64,000 nt of DNA. Origin: a virus. Numbering within the stretch: the first letter of the stretch is position 1; each line of letters begins with the position of its first letter. The notes beneath the pieces were generated by a model, which worked only from the letters and a program-made list of their open reading frames with translations, had not been told where the DNA came from and did not search any database. The DNA is taken from IMG/VR virus record IMGVR_UViG_3300044974_000943; one strand, written 5' to 3'. Below, piece by piece: positions 36,043 through 45,537 of this stretch. Both the position numbers and the translations under genes were made by a program.

Positions 36043-37440
36043 ATGACTACACTCTTCAGCACTTGCGTTGACATCACAGAAAAAGTAATTAAGCGGCAGA
36101 CCATCGCAGCAGCTTCTTTGCCGATTCTAGCCACTCTGCATGATACAAGCGGAGCGAATATCACCAACACCCTATTCGGCATCTCAGCGCTCAATTTAGA
36201 CGCAAGCTATTGGGACGTAACAGGCAACACCGTACAAAATCAACTTGACATCAATTTCGGAGAGGGACTAATCGACTATGCAGACCCCATTTTCCTCCGC
36301 CTTACTACCTCTGACGGCATTATCGTTGCTAATGCTGCACTTTCTGATGTCACCATAGAAACTGGCTCAGAACTTATTCTCTACTCTGGCACAGGCGTAA
36401 CGCTGACACTAGATTTCGGCACAGCCAAGCTAAGCAATTCAATACTCAATCTACTTTTCAGAGGAACAAACACTTTTCCCAGCGCACTGAGCGCCAAGTA
36501 TTACGACAACAGCAACACTTTACAAACCACAATCGCACTGACACCGAGCAAATGGTCAGAAAAAGGAGTTGGAGTACTTGGAGAGATATTTTTTGAGTAT
36601 GGCGAAACGCAGTCTCTCTCAACTATCAACAGCACAATAAATCTTGCGAGAATTACAGATGCAAGTAACAACATTTGGTTCGAGGCGGATATTTCGATTC
36701 CCACGACGCTAAAGCCAAATTCTATCGTTTATTCTAATAGTCTCGTTTTGAGGATTCCAGACGTTGCAGTAGATTTAATGTCATATGTATCCCCAAGTAA
36801 TAATTCGAGCCTCCTACACTTAGATTTTAATGGGCGGCTGAGTGACCAGAGCAGCAATTCAAAAATAGCTTCGATGTCGGGAATTGAGTATGAGTCAGAA
36901 AAGAAATTATTTGGTACGGAGTGCCTTATAGCTTCTGCGGGTACGTCAATCTCTTACGAAGGAGTAGTTTTTCCTAATGAGTTCACACTAAATACTTTTG
37001 TTTATTTTACGAGTCCTGTCGCGGGTCGTCTGACGACGCTGACAGAAAAAAATGGTGTATTCAAGTTAGTCAAAAACGCAGCTAACAGCCTCGAAGTTTC
37101 GATAAATGGGTCAGTGGTCATAACTACGCCTTGGAGTCCAGTGACGGGGCAGTGGCAACATATTTGGATACAAAAAACCGCTACTCAACTGAAACTAAGA
37201 GTGAATAGCGGAGATATAAATATTGTGCAAAGTTACACGACAACAATAGCAAGTAATACCAACCCGTTCGTAGTTTGCTCAGGCATTTTAGGGTTGTGCA
37301 ACGGAATATACCTTGAAAGTGGTGCAAGTGCCTTCAACTTAATGTCCCAACCACTACCCAAGAGAGTTTATAGCTGGGACGATGTTGGCTTTTGGAATTG
37401 GCTCAATTTAGAATTTCCTCAGTTGAAGAAATTTTTCTAA
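36043..37440 (+). CDS. Virion structural protein with C-terminal LamG domain, probably leaderless
   Basis: SLLHLDFNG, FTLNTFVY, GQWQHIWI; TGG-TAAGAT-N6-ATG. Confidence 0.75.
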   Translation: MTTLFSTCVDITEKVIKRQTIAAASLPILATLHDTSGANITNTLFGISALNLDASYWDVTGNTVQNQLDINFGEGLIDYADPIFLRLTTSDGIIVANAALSDVTIETGSELILYSGTGVTLTLDFGTAKLSNSILNLLFRGTNTFPSALSAKYYDNSNTLQTTIALTPSKWSEKGVGVLGEIFFEYGETQSLSTINSTINLARITDASNNIWFEADISIPTTLKPNSIVYSNSLVLRIPDVAVDLMSYVSPSNNSSLLHLDFNGRLSDQSSNSKIASMSGIEYESEKKLFGTECLIASAGTSISYEGVVFPNEFTLNTFVYFTSPVAGRLTTLTEKNGVFKLVKNAANSLEVSINGSVVITTPWSPVTGQWQHIWIQKTATQLKLRVNSGDINIVQSYTTTIASNTNPFVVCSGILGLCNGIYLESGASAFNLMSQPLPKRVYSWDDVGFWNWLNLEFPQLKKFF

Positions 37441-37441
37441 A

Positions 37442-38069
37442 TTATTTTTCAAACTTCACGTAAATAATAGTACGACCCTTGAGATTCTGCAATACCTCTT
37501 GAGCAGCCTCATTTAGCTTAGGAAACTTATTGCCCAGCACAACATATTTGACGTACTCTAGCTCCACTGCGTCAGGATGTATACCAGAATCAGTCTCGTA
37601 AATTTCTGCGGGGTCAGAGGCTAAGGAAAGGGCGAATGTAGATTTACCTAAAGCACTATCGCCAGAGAAGACGTAGAGACGGTCTTCAAGTACTCGACAA
37701 GGATTGAAAAGTGCAAGCAAAGTTGGTTTCGGTTCTGCGCTTCCGCAAGGGTAGTAATTATCGCCGCCAAATTCATCGACATCGAAATTTTCTTGGAACT
37801 CGTCTATATCTTCGTAAAATAAAGGAGGGTTAGCCATGTATTCGAGAGGGGGGGATTTTAGCAATCTCCTCTTTTCTGAAGTAGCCCCAAGTTGCGGTCG
37901 AATAACCTGAACCACATTCACCAGCTTGAGTAATAGACGAGATTTTTAAAAGTTTGAAACCAGTACTTGCAAAGAAGTCGTAAATTACATCGGGAAAAGG
38001 TGCGTGGGATGAAAAATTATTTGGGTGAAGTTCAGTGCGCTTGTTGTAGCCAAAAATAGTAAGTGTCAT
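37442..38069 (-). CDS. P-loop-containing phage protein split by a +1 frameshift at a C7 run (fusion of ORFs 37830..38069 and 37442..37921)
   Basis: GECGSGY.TATWG in one frame; GGDNYYPCG, GDSALGKS and YETD in the +1 frame; junction ATCCCCCCCTCTC (G7 at 37848-37854). Confidence 0.65.
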
Positions 38070-38128
38070 GTAAATCTCCAAGTGATACAATCAGTAAAAC
38101 ATTATTAGCTCAGCGCTACAATATTTCA

Positions 38129-38362
38129 ATGGATATAGATTTCACGAAATTAACCGAAAATCAAATAAAAATCGCGGAAAAGGCTCAGGGTCTAGCTTTA
38201 GTAGATTTGAGCGAGAAGAATAGCGAACTAGTCTCGGAACATCTTGGCTTACTGTTTTCACTGCTGGAAATGAGCGAGGTGTTCTGGGATGAAGATGATG
38301 ATGACGAGGACGAGCCTGTTAAAGAACCAACTCCGCAACCAGAAGATAGCAAGAAATACTAA
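38129..38362 (+). CDS. Small acidic protein, probably leaderless
   Basis: CGC-TACAAT-N6-ATG(38129); poly-D/E tail. Confidence 0.65.
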   Translation: MDIDFTKLTENQIKIAEKAQGLALVDLSEKNSELVSEHLGLLFSLLEMSEVFWDEDDDDEDEPVKEPTPQPEDSKKY

Positions 38363-38508
38363 GAACGTTTGTAACGCCTTTTTAGTCCTCTGAACGGGTC
38401 AATAACTTCTAAGTCTTCAGTTTTAGGGATTCGGAAGTCACGTTCAAAGTTTATCCAGTGTTTTTCCCATCTTTTTATTTGTTCTAGTTCTTCAGTGGTC
38501 ATAGTCAT
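38359..38508 (-). CDS. Small hypothetical protein (49 aa)
   Basis: MTMTTEELEQIKRWEKHW..; read by hand; stop overlaps the stop of 38129..38362. Confidence 0.45.
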   Translation of the reverse strand: MTMTTEELEQIKRWEKHWINFERDFRIPKTEDLEVIDPFRGLKRRYKRS

Positions 38509-38577
38509 AGGTGTTATTTTGATGTTGTTAAGCTAGTGTACATGAAAACCCCCTAACTAAGCAAGTTTTTGAGTGGG

Positions 38578-39282
38578 TTAGTTACTCTGCTGCCTTAGTT
38601 CATGCTCCGCCATTAAAAATCTACGAACTAGACCGCTACGAACGACATCCTGAATCTGAAAGTCAACTCTTTTGAAGTCCTCCTCCATCAAATCAATTAC
38701 CCGCAAGAACTGCAAAACCCCATCTTTTTCATCTGAGTATTTCAGGTCGCTCTGAAAAAAATCTCCGCTTAGAATCAATCTTGCAGAATCCCCAAATCTC
38801 GTTAAAACTGACGATAATTCGTGGTACGACATATTCTGAAATTCATCTAAAATTGCAATACAATTATCTAGATTATTACCTCTAATGAAACTAGTACTGA
38901 CGAACTCGATAGTTTTCTCTTTTTTCATCACATCGTAGGCGTTAGGGACTGATGGTAAGAGTTTGTTGACAAGATATTTGTAGGGCTGTTCAAAAATCTC
39001 CTCTTTTTCTGCCTGTGAGCCTTTCAGGAAGCCAATGTTACGTGTTGGAACAATCGAACGGACAATTACAATCCTCTCGTATTTTCTCAATAAGAAAGAC
39101 TTGAGCGCCAGATACAGAGCGAGGTAGGTCTTCCCAGTTCCCTGAAAACCACTGAGTACGAGATTGTAGTTCTCTCCCCAGAGGTCGAACGCTTTCTGTT
39201 GGTTCGTTGTTTTTGCTTCTACCTTGAGTAGCTTTGAGATATCGAATAAAGCAGTGGATGATTGATTTCTTTGCTTAGCCAA
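38578..39282 (-). CDS. phoH: PhoH-family ATPase
   Basis: GFQGTGKT, IGFLKG, FIRG, ILDEFQN, LTRFG, GDFFQSD, DVVRSGLV. Confidence 0.95.
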   Translation of the reverse strand: MAKQRNQSSTALFDISKLLKVEAKTTNQQKAFDLWGENYNLVLSGFQGTGKTYLALYLALKSFLLRKYERIVIVRSIVPTRNIGFLKGSQAEKEEIFEQPYKYLVNKLLPSVPNAYDVMKKEKTIEFVSTSFIRGNNLDNCIAILDEFQNMSYHELSSVLTRFGDSARLILSGDFFQSDLKYSDEKDGVLQFLRVIDLMEEDFKRVDFQIQDVVRSGLVRRFLMAEHELRQQSN

Positions 39283-39657
39283 AATCGTCGCTCTTTGCTA
39301 GGTTTTAATGATTATAGCTTAAGATACTTCTCCATGCTTCCTCTTCTGTCTCAAAATAATCAAGACAAAGAATATTCGTATGTATATTCATAACAACATA
39401 CCCAACCACCATAAAAACATCATCTTTTATAAAATGTCCTTGGAGTACATTGAAAGTAGAAAGAATAAGTAACTCTCTTTTTCTGCCATCAGCCTAGAGA
39501 TATATTAAACAGCTTCATAATCTCAAAATCGAACGTCTCCGCGTACTGAGACTCAAATCAACTCTGTTGTTTTTTGCTTACGCCAACGCATTCTGACATA
39601 CATTTTTAGTAAAATCATCCTCCTTAGTGCGTATCTTTTATTTGGTACAATAAACTA

Positions 39658-41430
39658 ATGTCAAGACCTCCCCGTAACGGATACACGATAAACAGCGACA
39701 GCGAACTTTCAGCTCTCGATACTGCTATCTTACCTGAAAATACACCCCTAATTAACTTCGACCGTAAGTGTTGGGGCATCCATACAGGCTCGTCTGATAG
39801 CCTCGCTGTATCGTCTGGTTTCGAGTACATACCTCAGAACCAAATTGACGCTTACACCCTGACCTCGATTACAATCTCGACCGACACATACTCACTTGAC
39901 CTCGCTACCGTTACTCAGTACCTCAGCATCACTCTAACAGCCAACACAACGCTCACAATTCTCAATGCTGGCAAGTACACGAAATATTTCATCGAACTTG
40001 TCCCAAATGGTCACATAATCAAGAATTTCACTGATATCTTCGCGCTACCTAAACAATACAGTCTAGCTACGCTTTTAACAGCTTACTTCGGCAAGCAAGT
40101 TCTCGAATTGCAATATGTCAATAAACTTTACGCGAATATAGACTATTCTGACAACATCACTAAGACAGGGGCTGTCGCTTATGCAGAAAAAATAAATTGG
40201 GAAGCTCCCTCAGACGAAGTTTTGTATCTGGCATTCTCATCTTCAACAACTGCATATACTGGTGCTGGCATCTCGGCTATCACAGCCACTGTAGGGACTC
40301 CGAGCATCAGTAAGTCGCGCCTCCTTCTTGGCTCTACTGGGAGACTGGAAGCAACCAAGGCTGTCTCGTTAGATTTTGATGAAACTGACTTTACTATTTC
40401 CTTCTTTTCTGCCAAAACGAGCGTAGGCGAGTATGGATGTATCGTGGGTAGCCATCGCTCTTCCAGTATTGGCTTTTATGTGGGTGTAGCGACTGATAGT
40501 ACCTTGTTTGCTGTCTTTGGTGGCGTTTCACTTTCTTGTGCCTTACCAGACGATATCAAGGAGCATAGCCTCATCATTAATCGAATAGGGCGAGTCTACA
40601 AAATATTTATCGATGGTGTCTTGAGCGCTTATTTTAAGGCTGTTAATAATTTCAACAATAACTCAACCGAGCCACTGTGTATTGGTAGTCTAAAAAATGC
40701 CACTGGGACACCTTCATGGACATCACAAAGTTGGCAAGGATATTTGCGCCAACTTACTATCAACACCAGCGCCAGCATCCCTTTTTCTGCCAATGACGTT
40801 CCGCCTAAAGATACCGCAACGGCGAACACAGTCTTACTACTTAAATTCAATGTGGGTGAGACGGATTTTGCCCAGCACAGCCTTACAAGAAGTTTTACGT
40901 CGAATGTTACAGTTCAACCTCTTATCGCGTCAGGAAGGCTCAACAAGTACTCTCATATAGGATATACCGATAGCAACTTAGAAATAACTGGCAATGTGAC
41001 GCTTGAAGCCAAGATATTCAATCCTTCTGGTAATACGCGAGGTGCGATTATCGATGTTGAGGGTGGATTTACGTGGGGCATCTATGACCTCAAGCTCAGG
41101 ATTGCCTTCGGCTCTTTCACGCTCGATGGTATAACTGATATTCCTGACAGCGTAGCAGTCGATGTAGCTTTTGTTAAATCTGGCACAAGCTGTTCTCTAT
41201 TCTTGAATGGCGAACTCGAATCAACTACAACAACAAGCGAAGTGATGAATGCAGCCTCGTCAAGCTCGGAATTTAGTATCAAGCGGTTATATAGCCAAGA
41301 TAGCTCAGTAGCAAGCCTTAACACCTCATTATTCCGTAGCAGAAGTTGGATTGAAATTTCACAGCTACGAGTTACCAAATCTGCACGTTACACTGGAGAC
41401 TATATTCCCGATATTTTTTATGGTTCGTAA
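39658..41430 (+). CDS. Tail fibre or receptor-binding protein with two LamG domains, probably leaderless
   Basis: DFTISF, IFIDGV, TVLLLKFN, LRVTKSARYTGDYIP; TGG-TACAAT-N6-ATG. Confidence 0.8.
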   Translation: MSRPPRNGYTINSDSELSALDTAILPENTPLINFDRKCWGIHTGSSDSLAVSSGFEYIPQNQIDAYTLTSITISTDTYSLDLATVTQYLSITLTANTTLTILNAGKYTKYFIELVPNGHIIKNFTDIFALPKQYSLATLLTAYFGKQVLELQYVNKLYANIDYSDNITKTGAVAYAEKINWEAPSDEVLYLAFSSSTTAYTGAGISAITATVGTPSISKSRLLLGSTGRLEATKAVSLDFDETDFTISFFSAKTSVGEYGCIVGSHRSSSIGFYVGVATDSTLFAVFGGVSLSCALPDDIKEHSLIINRIGRVYKIFIDGVLSAYFKAVNNFNNNSTEPLCIGSLKNATGTPSWTSQSWQGYLRQLTINTSASIPFSANDVPPKDTATANTVLLLKFNVGETDFAQHSLTRSFTSNVTVQPLIASGRLNKYSHIGYTDSNLEITGNVTLEAKIFNPSGNTRGAIIDVEGGFTWGIYDLKLRIAFGSFTLDGITDIPDSVAVDVAFVKSGTSCSLFLNGELESTTTTSEVMNAASSSSEFSIKRLYSQDSSVASLNTSLFRSRSWIEISQLRVTKSARYTGDYIPDIFYGS

Positions 41431-41939
41431 GAATTTTCTACTAGCGAGTCTAGACGTATCTCGTTACTTTTAAGCCATGCTTCGGTTTCAAGCACTTTAG
41501 TATAAAGACCTCGCATTTCAGGAGATTCTCTGTACCACGCATAGTAGTTGTCTTCTGCATTTCTTTTCCATGACATTTCATGGTCAGACTTCGCTGCTAG
41601 TTCTGCATAAATCGATTGGCTAGGTGTGGGTGGTTTTTCTCCAGAATCTTTTGCGGTTTTTGCCAGTTTCCTAAAATTAGAAATTTCTTCAGATTCTTGT
41701 AGTGGGGCAAATTTATAAATTCCCATCTTAGCTGCCAATTCAGCACTGATTAGTCTAGGGGAAAGTCCTGACGAAGCATCGTAATCCCACCTTTCGGTAT
41801 TAATGTAAACCCAGCCTTCACTTTCCATTTTAGTAACATACAGAGATGTAACTAATTGTTTCTGTTGTCTAGCGCTTTCTATAGCTTTATCTAGTAAGGC
41901 TATTTGATTTTGATACCAATCTAAGTTGATTTTTTCCAT
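41418..41939 (-). CDS. Hypothetical protein
   Basis: ORF; start moved to MEKINL. Confidence 0.65.
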   Translation of the reverse strand: MEKINLDWYQNQIALLDKAIESARQQKQLVTSLYVTKMESEGWVYINTERWDYDASSGLSPRLISAELAAKMGIYKFAPLQESEEISNFRKLAKTAKDSGEKPPTPSQSIYAELAAKSDHEMSWKRNAEDNYYAWYRESPEMRGLYTKVLETEAWLKSNEIRLDSLVENSYEP

Positions 41940-41956
41940 GATGTTAAAATAAATAA

Positions 41957-42466
41957 ATGGCTCATCCAATCAGTTTCGATACACTTACTGAAGTTCTCAA
42001 TCTCGATGTCAGCGCACTTCCACAAGGTTTTGCGGTTGTCTGTATTGAACTCAAGTCTTGGCTAATATACGATGCCACAGCTTCCGATGCAACTGTCTCA
42101 GGGCAGATATTTGCTCCGACTGCTGGTGCTGGTCGATGGTTTAGGTCAAATAATACTGCAAACAAACTAAATATACCCACTAGCGTAACAACCACCACAT
42201 CAACCACTGAAGCTGATTTTACGAGCGTCGAGCAAATTAGGGTAGTATTTACACAAAACAGCACCATTAATCTACAGACAACTCTGAGAAATGGTGCTGG
42301 TAGCTTATTGTTGGATAGAAATAGTGGTAGCTGGACGATTACGGGCTTTGACTCCCGCTTTCGCTGGGGTAGCAACAGCGTCTTTGCATTTACAAGCAAC
42401 TTCGCAATTATTGAGTTTACTTGTATCAACAACTTGATTTATGTGAAATCGGTTACAAACTATTAA
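41957..42466 (+). CDS. Small virion protein with ..GRWF module and beta-sandwich, probably leaderless
   Basis: WLIYDATAS..IFAPTAGAGRWFR; TGT-TAAAAT-N6-ATG. Confidence 0.7.
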   Translation: MAHPISFDTLTEVLNLDVSALPQGFAVVCIELKSWLIYDATASDATVSGQIFAPTAGAGRWFRSNNTANKLNIPTSVTTTTSTTEADFTSVEQIRVVFTQNSTINLQTTLRNGAGSLLLDRNSGSWTITGFDSRFRWGSNSVFAFTSNFAIIEFTCINNLIYVKSVTNY

Positions 42467-42705
42467 GTGAAGTCTGACAATCCCATTTGATATTTATGGT
42501 AATCGTCTGCCTCCTTTTCCTTTTCAAGTTCTTTCTGTTTTTCAACGTACTCTTTCAACATAATAATCCCTTCTTGTTGAGAAATGGTCATTGTAACAAG
42601 ATGTTCTAGAATTTCTTCGAGCTTGGTAGGGTCTTCCAGATTACGGGTTCTCCAATAGGTCTGGAAGTTTTTAAGCTCTTGCAAAGTATCGACGTTAGGT
42701 TCCAT
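42463..42705 (-). CDS. Hypothetical protein
   Basis: ORF. Confidence 0.6.
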   Translation of the reverse strand: MEPNVDTLQELKNFQTYWRTRNLEDPTKLEEILEHLVTMTISQQEGIIMLKEYVEKQKELEKEKEADDYHKYQMGLSDFT

Positions 42706-42707
42706 AG

Positions 42708-43844
42708 TTATTTTTTACTGTCGTAGTAGGGATTCATGACCTTGACCGACAAATCATTTGAGTAAACGGTGCGAACAACAATACCCTCAATCACACTACC
42801 GCTTTCTTTCTCTTTTTTGAAAATATCAGCAGCAAGCGAAATTAGCTCGTCGTAGTTTTTAGGTGTTGTTGGGAAATCTGCGGGGCAAAGATAATTAAGT
42901 TCAAGTTCTTCACAAATAGCATCGAGATTATGCTCTTCACTATAATTGATTCGAGTTGCAAAGCCACTTGCCAAGTTATCCACACCAAAGAGATATAACC
43001 CTTGTTTGCATTGAGCATGAGGATTGAGTTTGTTACCGCTACCTTTCAAGCCTTGACCGTAGATTTCACCACGAAATGCCAATTCGACGTTGTGCTTTTT
43101 GCAGTATTCCATGCCTTTCTCGTATAGACCAGAAGACTTAGCCAGCTTGACCCAACTATCGGCAGTGTCGTCAGTAATTTTCTTTTCTAACGAGCGAGAG
43201 CAAACGCCAGTGTACCAATTACCTTCGGAGTCCTTCTTGAAAAACTCGGTGAACGAGCTACCGTCAATTTTGATAGTGTACGCAACTTCTGCTCCGCTTG
43301 CAAGAACACGATTAATGTGGGACTTGAGGTTCGCGCAGTTGACTTCATCCGTAGCATACAGAAAAGAAGGTAGTGTGCCTCTGGTTAGCCCTGTAGCGCC
43401 TCTCTCTGGCTCTTCCCACTTAACGATACCTAGTGTTGCTGCGAGGTCTTCAGCCGTCAGTAACTCGATAGGTAACTCATTTGTATTGAGCAAGATACCT
43501 ACAGAATAGATTGGGTCACTTTTACCTTCAAAGCTAAAATTAAACTTGAGCGCTCTAATGCGATTGTTTTTGCCGAGTCGAGACTTGTTGGGGTCGCCAT
43601 TAGGAGCCGTAAAACTGGCGAACAGAGGAGAATCGGGTAAGCAGTAGTCAGGTTGAATGTAAACAGCCTTGGAACCTACTTGATAGATACCTTTTTGTGA
43701 AATGACGTTATAGCCGCATTCATCACCATTGGCAAAGTTGAAGTTCACAACTTGGATAGCAGAGGCTTCTTCGCCATTTTTATAGATAGGGATAATACGC
43801 GAGATTGTAACGATTTCGACGGGAGCAATAGAGGTGTTAGTCAT
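42708..43844 (-). CDS. ATP-dependent RNA ligase (DRB0094/Rnl5-like)
   Basis: N-terminal KG.YQVG..AVYIQPD..LP; motif I KIDGSS; RGEIYG; EGIV; KV.N..Y. Confidence 0.85.
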   Translation of the reverse strand: MTNTSIAPVEIVTISRIIPIYKNGEEASAIQVVNFNFANGDECGYNVISQKGIYQVGSKAVYIQPDYCLPDSPLFASFTAPNGDPNKSRLGKNNRIRALKFNFSFEGKSDPIYSVGILLNTNELPIELLTAEDLAATLGIVKWEEPERGATGLTRGTLPSFLYATDEVNCANLKSHINRVLASGAEVAYTIKIDGSSFTEFFKKDSEGNWYTGVCSRSLEKKITDDTADSWVKLAKSSGLYEKGMEYCKKHNVELAFRGEIYGQGLKGSGNKLNPHAQCKQGLYLFGVDNLASGFATRINYSEEHNLDAICEELELNYLCPADFPTTPKNYDELISLAADIFKKEKESGSVIEGIVVRTVYSNDLSVKVMNPYYDSKK

Positions 43845-44083
43845 AGTTCTTTTACTAATTTAATTTCATCGGGAATTTTAGATTGTTTTTCATGCTCAAG
43901 CAATTGGTTGATATAAGTTTCAGCTTCTTCAAGTGTTGCGTAACGAATTACTTCCATTGCATCATAACCAACATCTCTTCTTTCTGCTATATACCAAAAG
44001 AGGTAAAACCGTTGATATACGAGATAATAGTCCTCTGAAACATTGTGGAAAATTTTGAATCTTGGTGGCAGTTTAAATTTCAT
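43841..44083 (-). CDS. Hypothetical protein
   Basis: Start moved to MKFKL; YQRFYLFW..ATLEEAE. Confidence 0.55.
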   Translation of the reverse strand: MKFKLPPRFKIFHNVSEDYYLVYQRFYLFWYIAERRDVGYDAMEVIRYATLEEAETYINQLLEHEKQSKIPDEIKLVKEL

Positions 44084-44262
44084 AGATTCTATCCCAATCA
44101 AAAGTGACAGAAAAAGTGGGCGGCATGATGGTGTAGTAGTTTTCGCCTTTATCAGTCTTCCATTTCCAATCCCAAAAATCAATAGTAAAGAATACGAAAG
44201 TAATATAAACAGAAAAGATGGATAGGACAATTATATCGGCGCATCCCCACGAAGGGAGTAAT

Positions 44263-44544
44263 TTAATTTTCATACTCGTATTCCTCAAGTTGTTGATGTG
44301 CTTGTTGTAGCGCTTCTCGACGGTCGCTTCGCTTAGCTGCACGTTTGAATGGTGTCCAGTTGTATTTGGTGTCTACACGTTGATTGTCTCCCCAGTTAGA
44401 GCCTCCATACTGTCTGCTGACTCTACGACGTACTTTAGCCCAGCGAGATGCGCGAGGATGTGTGAATGGACTACCAATGGCTTTAATGATTCGGTGCAAG
44501 AAGCGAAGGAAGAATAGGTCTTTGTGCTTTTTTGTTCGTGACAT
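44263..44544 (-). CDS. Small Arg/Lys-rich protein
   Basis: AGGAG SD; MSRTKKHK..RRRVSR..KRAAKRSDRR. Confidence 0.65.
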   Translation of the reverse strand: MSRTKKHKDLFFLRFLHRIIKAIGSPFTHPRASRWAKVRRRVSRQYGGSNWGDNQRVDTKYNWTPFKRAAKRSDRREALQQAHQQLEEYEYEN

Positions 44545-44602
44545 TGTATTGCTCCTGAGTAACTATTGGGAGTATGACAGAAAAAGAGTATGTTGTCAAC
44601 TA

Positions 44603-45007
44603 CTAAAACCAGCCTAAGAGTATTTTTTCTTGTTCTACTAGGGCATCACGTAGTTTACGCTCAGCTTGTCGTTCTATCGTAAACAGCCTTTCTTTTTCTG
44701 CCTCTACAGTTAAGTGTTTTTCAACTTCATCAGACAAAAATAGTGAGTCGTAGTAAGAAAGTAGTTTGTAGTAGTATTCATAAAGCCTAATACAGTATTC
44801 AATTTTAGACTCCTCATCTGCTATAGATAGATTCTCAAAAACAAAATCTAAATTAGTAGATATCCTTATAATTTCTTTAGCAAGTAGTGGAGCAGTTGTA
44901 TCTTTATACTGCTGAAGAATGTTGTGGGTATCTATATAAAGTTTGTTTAGTTTATCTGGGATAGGGATTATCCTAGATTCTTGTGGATTAGGAAGACTTC
45001 CTAGCAT
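44603..45007 (-). CDS. Hypothetical protein
   Basis: ORF. Confidence 0.6.
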   Translation of the reverse strand: MLGSLPNPQESRIIPIPDKLNKLYIDTHNILQQYKDTTAPLLAKEIIRISTNLDFVFENLSIADEESKIEYCIRLYEYYYKLLSYYDSLFLSDEVEKHLTVEAEKERLFTIERQAERKLRDALVEQEKILLGWF

Positions 45008-45009
45008 CG

Positions 45010-45537
45010 CTATTCATAAAGGTAGATTTCGTGTTCGGGCATACAATCAGCAAACTGCTCGACAATTTTCCTCACGTCAGCCCACTCAAGACCGCCAAGC
45101 CCACAGCCAAGTTTAGGTATGTGAATATTACGTGTTTGTTTGCGCCACTGAACGTAACCATGATAGTCGGAATTACAAGATACAGCCAATTCGACAAGAC
45201 CCTGCTTAATCCAGTCGAGTTGCGAAGGTTTGCGCCAATCATCTTTAGTGGGGAAAAGCACTATTAATCCAGAACCGCCCCAATTGGCAGGTATACTACA
45301 AGCGGCAGAAGGGAAAGCATAGTGACCGCCCAGAATTAAAGGCAATCCAGTTTTCAAATGCCCACCACCACAAAAAAGTGCGTACTCCTTGAAATAGCTT
45401 GGATACATTTTCTTGAAATCAAGCGCCAAACCTTTCCCCATCACTCCAACTGTGTTCACAGGGATAAAAATGGAGTTCTCAGGATTAGTGAGGTCAACGT
45501 CGAGAATGTTAGCGCCTTGGGGCATTGTATTAAGCAT
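45010..45537 (-). CDS. DarG/TARG1-like macrodomain ADP-ribosylhydrolase
   Basis: PVNTVGVMGKGLA..FK..YP, LFPTK.DWR.PS, IPKLGCGLGGLEW. Confidence 0.9.
   Translation of the reverse strand: MLNTMPQGANILDVDLTNPENSIFIPVNTVGVMGKGLALDFKKMYPSYFKEYALFCGGGHLKTGLPLILGGHYAFPSAACSIPANWGGSGLIVLFPTKDDWRKPSQLDWIKQGLVELAVSCNSDYHGYVQWRKQTRNIHIPKLGCGLGGLEWADVRKIVEQFADCMPEHEIYLYE

Noticed and set aside
39300-39620. Possible decayed small genes upstream of phoH
   Set aside because: Only short, stop-riddled frames; homology cannot be shown by eye
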